From contig FP565575.1 of assembly GCA_000091165.1 (NCBI GenBank), forward strand, positions 2,190,001-2,222,000: DNA of 32,000 nt. Direction: 5' to 3'. Both the position numbers and the translations under genes were made by a program. The stretch comes from Candidatus Methylomirabilis oxygeniifera (GTDB lineage Bacteria; Methylomirabilota; Methylomirabilia; Methylomirabilales; Methylomirabilaceae). The notes under the pieces are model-generated. The model searched no databases. It saw nothing but the letters and a program-made list of their open reading frames with translations, and had not been told where the DNA came from. Shown one piece after another: positions 30,470-32,000 of the stretch (positions are counted from its first letter, which is position 1; each line of letters opens with the position of its first letter).

Positions 30470-32000
30470 TTATCGCTGCATCGCCTCGAAGGCGATCTTT
30501 TCTTGCTCGACAAACATCCTCTGGCGCTTTATCAACTCATCGAAGTTCACCTGGTGGGCGTTGAAATCGGGTCCATGGTAGCAGGCGAACCGGGTTTTGC
30601 CGCCTACGCTCACCCGGCAGGCGCCGCACATGCCGGTGCCGTCCACCATGATGGCATTCAACGACACCCACGTCTCGACCCCTTTTCCCTCTGTCATCTT
30701 CGCAACGGCCATCATCATCGGCACGGGACCGACCGCCAATGCCATGGACACCTTCTCTTGCGCCATAATCTGTTCCAGCGCATGGGTGACAAAACCTTGA
30801 ATCCCGACCGAGCCGTCATTGGTGGTGACGAACACCTCATCGCACACCGCCTTGAGCTCGTCAACCAGGATTAACAGGTCCTTCGTGCGGGCGCCCACCA
30901 CGCCGTAGACCTTATTGCCAAGCGCCCTCAAATCCCGCGCCGTGGGGATGACGGCGCCGGTGCCGTAACCGCCTCCGAGCACCACACAGGCGCCCTCGTA
31001 TTTGGCGACGTGGGAACGTTGACCCAGCGGCCCGACGACGTCATGAAAGCTGTCGCCCACGTTCTTCTGCGTAGCCTCAGTGGACGTCCTGCCCGCAGCC
31101 ATGATGACGATCTCGATGTATCCCTTCTCTCTGTCCCATCCGGCGATGGAGAGCGGAATGCGCTCGCTGTCGTAATTGGGACGCATGATGATGAACTGTC
31201 CGGCTTGTATCTTCCTAGCCAGAAGCGGCGCGTTCACCTTAAAGTAGTAGGTGTTGGGGCACAGTTCCCGCTTTTCGAGGATCGAAAAATCCTGGTGATA
31301 TTTGCCCCTGGGCGTGGTCTCCTTTTCAGCCAGGCCGTGCCGGCAGTAATGCAACTGATATTCGGCTTCGCTGCGGACAATAAAGGCATCATCCCAATCG
31401 AAGTGATCCATCCCGAGAATGGCCCGGAAGGCGTTGTGACTTTTCTCTACCTGCTCCGGCGCGAAATAGGAGTTGCGAACCCCTTTGCCTATAGCGCGCA
31501 CCGCGTGCCTGCGGACAAGGGGGGACGGATCTGAGAGACCGGCAAACAGCGTGTCAAACAGCGTCGATCGATCCGCGTCGCCAACCGCCTCAGAGGGAAT
31601 ACGTTTGAAGATCCTCCCCACGCAGTAAAAGGCCGCGGACTTCACCTGTTTGTTGGTAGATTCCGTACACCTCAAAGCCTCCGGCAGGATCCTGGCAATA
31701 GCCGGATCAGTGAAACGCCCCGCTGCCAACAGGAGGTTGATCCTGGCGTAGTCGTCGCTTCGGCTCCTATCGAACCACGAACGAAGCAGGTCCACGACAG
31801 GCGCGCCGATCTGCGCCAAGGCGCCGGCGAAATGCTCCGCCGATTCCGCATCAGCCTCAACGAGTTGCTCGATCATCCATTCGGCGACCTCCGGACCCAG
31901 GGAGGCCAGGACCGACTCACTCTGATCGATGAGTTGAGCCAGCTCCTCATCGCCGGCGTGGTCGCGATAGAAGGTGGTGGAAAGCGCCGCCGCCAACTCC
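30470..32000 (-). CDS. NfnA/SudB-like (PyrK-type FAD/[2Fe-2S]) subunit fused to an N-terminal HEAT-repeat region; 5'-partial
   Basis: The C-terminal ~280 aa (YYFKVNAPLLARKIQAGQFIIMRP...RIPLSIAG...VVLGGGYGTGAV...DGTGMCGACRV..GGKTRFACYHGPDF) matches the ferredoxin-NADP reductase-like small subunit. The preceding ~230 aa have HEAT-like repeats (LSDPSPLVRRHAVRAIGKG). The frame is still open at the window edge. Confidence 0.8.
   Translation of the reverse strand, partial: ELAAALSTTFYRDHAGDEELAQLIDQSESVLASLGPEVAEWMIEQLVEADAESAEHFAGALAQIGAPVVDLLRSWFDRSRSDDYARINLLLAAGRFTDPAIARILPEALRCTESTNKQVKSAAFYCVGRIFKRIPSEAVGDADRSTLFDTLFAGLSDPSPLVRRHAVRAIGKGVRNSYFAPEQVEKSHNAFRAILGMDHFDWDDAFIVRSEAEYQLHYCRHGLAEKETTPRGKYHQDFSILEKRELCPNTYYFKVNAPLLARKIQAGQFIIMRPNYDSERIPLSIAGWDREKGYIEIVIMAAGRTSTEATQKNVGDSFHDVVGPLGQRSHVAKYEGACVVLGGGYGTGAVIPTARDLRALGNKVYGVVGARTKDLLILVDELKAVCDEVFVTTNDGSVGIQGFVTHALEQIMAQEKVSMALAVGPVPMMMAVAKMTEGKGVETWVSLNAIMVDGTGMCGACRVSVGGKTRFACYHGPDFNAHQVNFDELIKRQRMFVEQEKIAFEAMQR

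Overview
GC-rich (roughly 60% by eye) bacterial chromosomal segment, densely coded and mostly on the minus strand. Core content: rarA, pyrF, hbd, glgA, smpB plus tmRNA, tRNA-Phe/Asp/Val, HU, a thiS-thiG-thiE operon ending in a Rae1/YacP-like NYN RNase, crotonase, a CaCA exchanger, a DedA/TVP38 protein, an FmdB zinc ribbon, a long co-directional cluster (yicC-remA-gmk-rpoZ-mobA-amidohydrolase-mqnA), purU, and an NfnAB/SudAB-like oxidoreductase pair. Two accessory patches stand out. (1) 1.4-3.4 kb lies just downstream of the tRNA-Phe 3' end. It holds back-to-back hicBA and vapBC toxin-antitoxin modules separated by ORF-free tracts. (2) 24.5-27.9 kb is a lower-GC islet between the yicC operon and purU. 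It holds a MutS-domain III+V ATPase with internal transmembrane helices, two ~114-bp imperfect direct repeats, a brnT/brnA cassette, a C-terminal relic of a tyrosine integrase, and an orphan HNH nuclease. Patch 2 is my best candidate for an undescribed defence or mobile module. Smaller oddities: a (GGGTGGA)x4 repeat (a G-quadruplex motif) in the 5' end of thiE; 7-nt tandem repeats at three thi operon junctions; ThiS with two residues after its Gly-Gly; no canonical THI-box in the thiS leader; a NYN+LOTUS protein in a lower-GC patch; and a HEAT-repeat extension fused to the NfnA/SudB-like subunit. No CRISPR array, rRNA or intact transposase was seen. All calls come from reading the sequence and ORF translations, and no searches were run.
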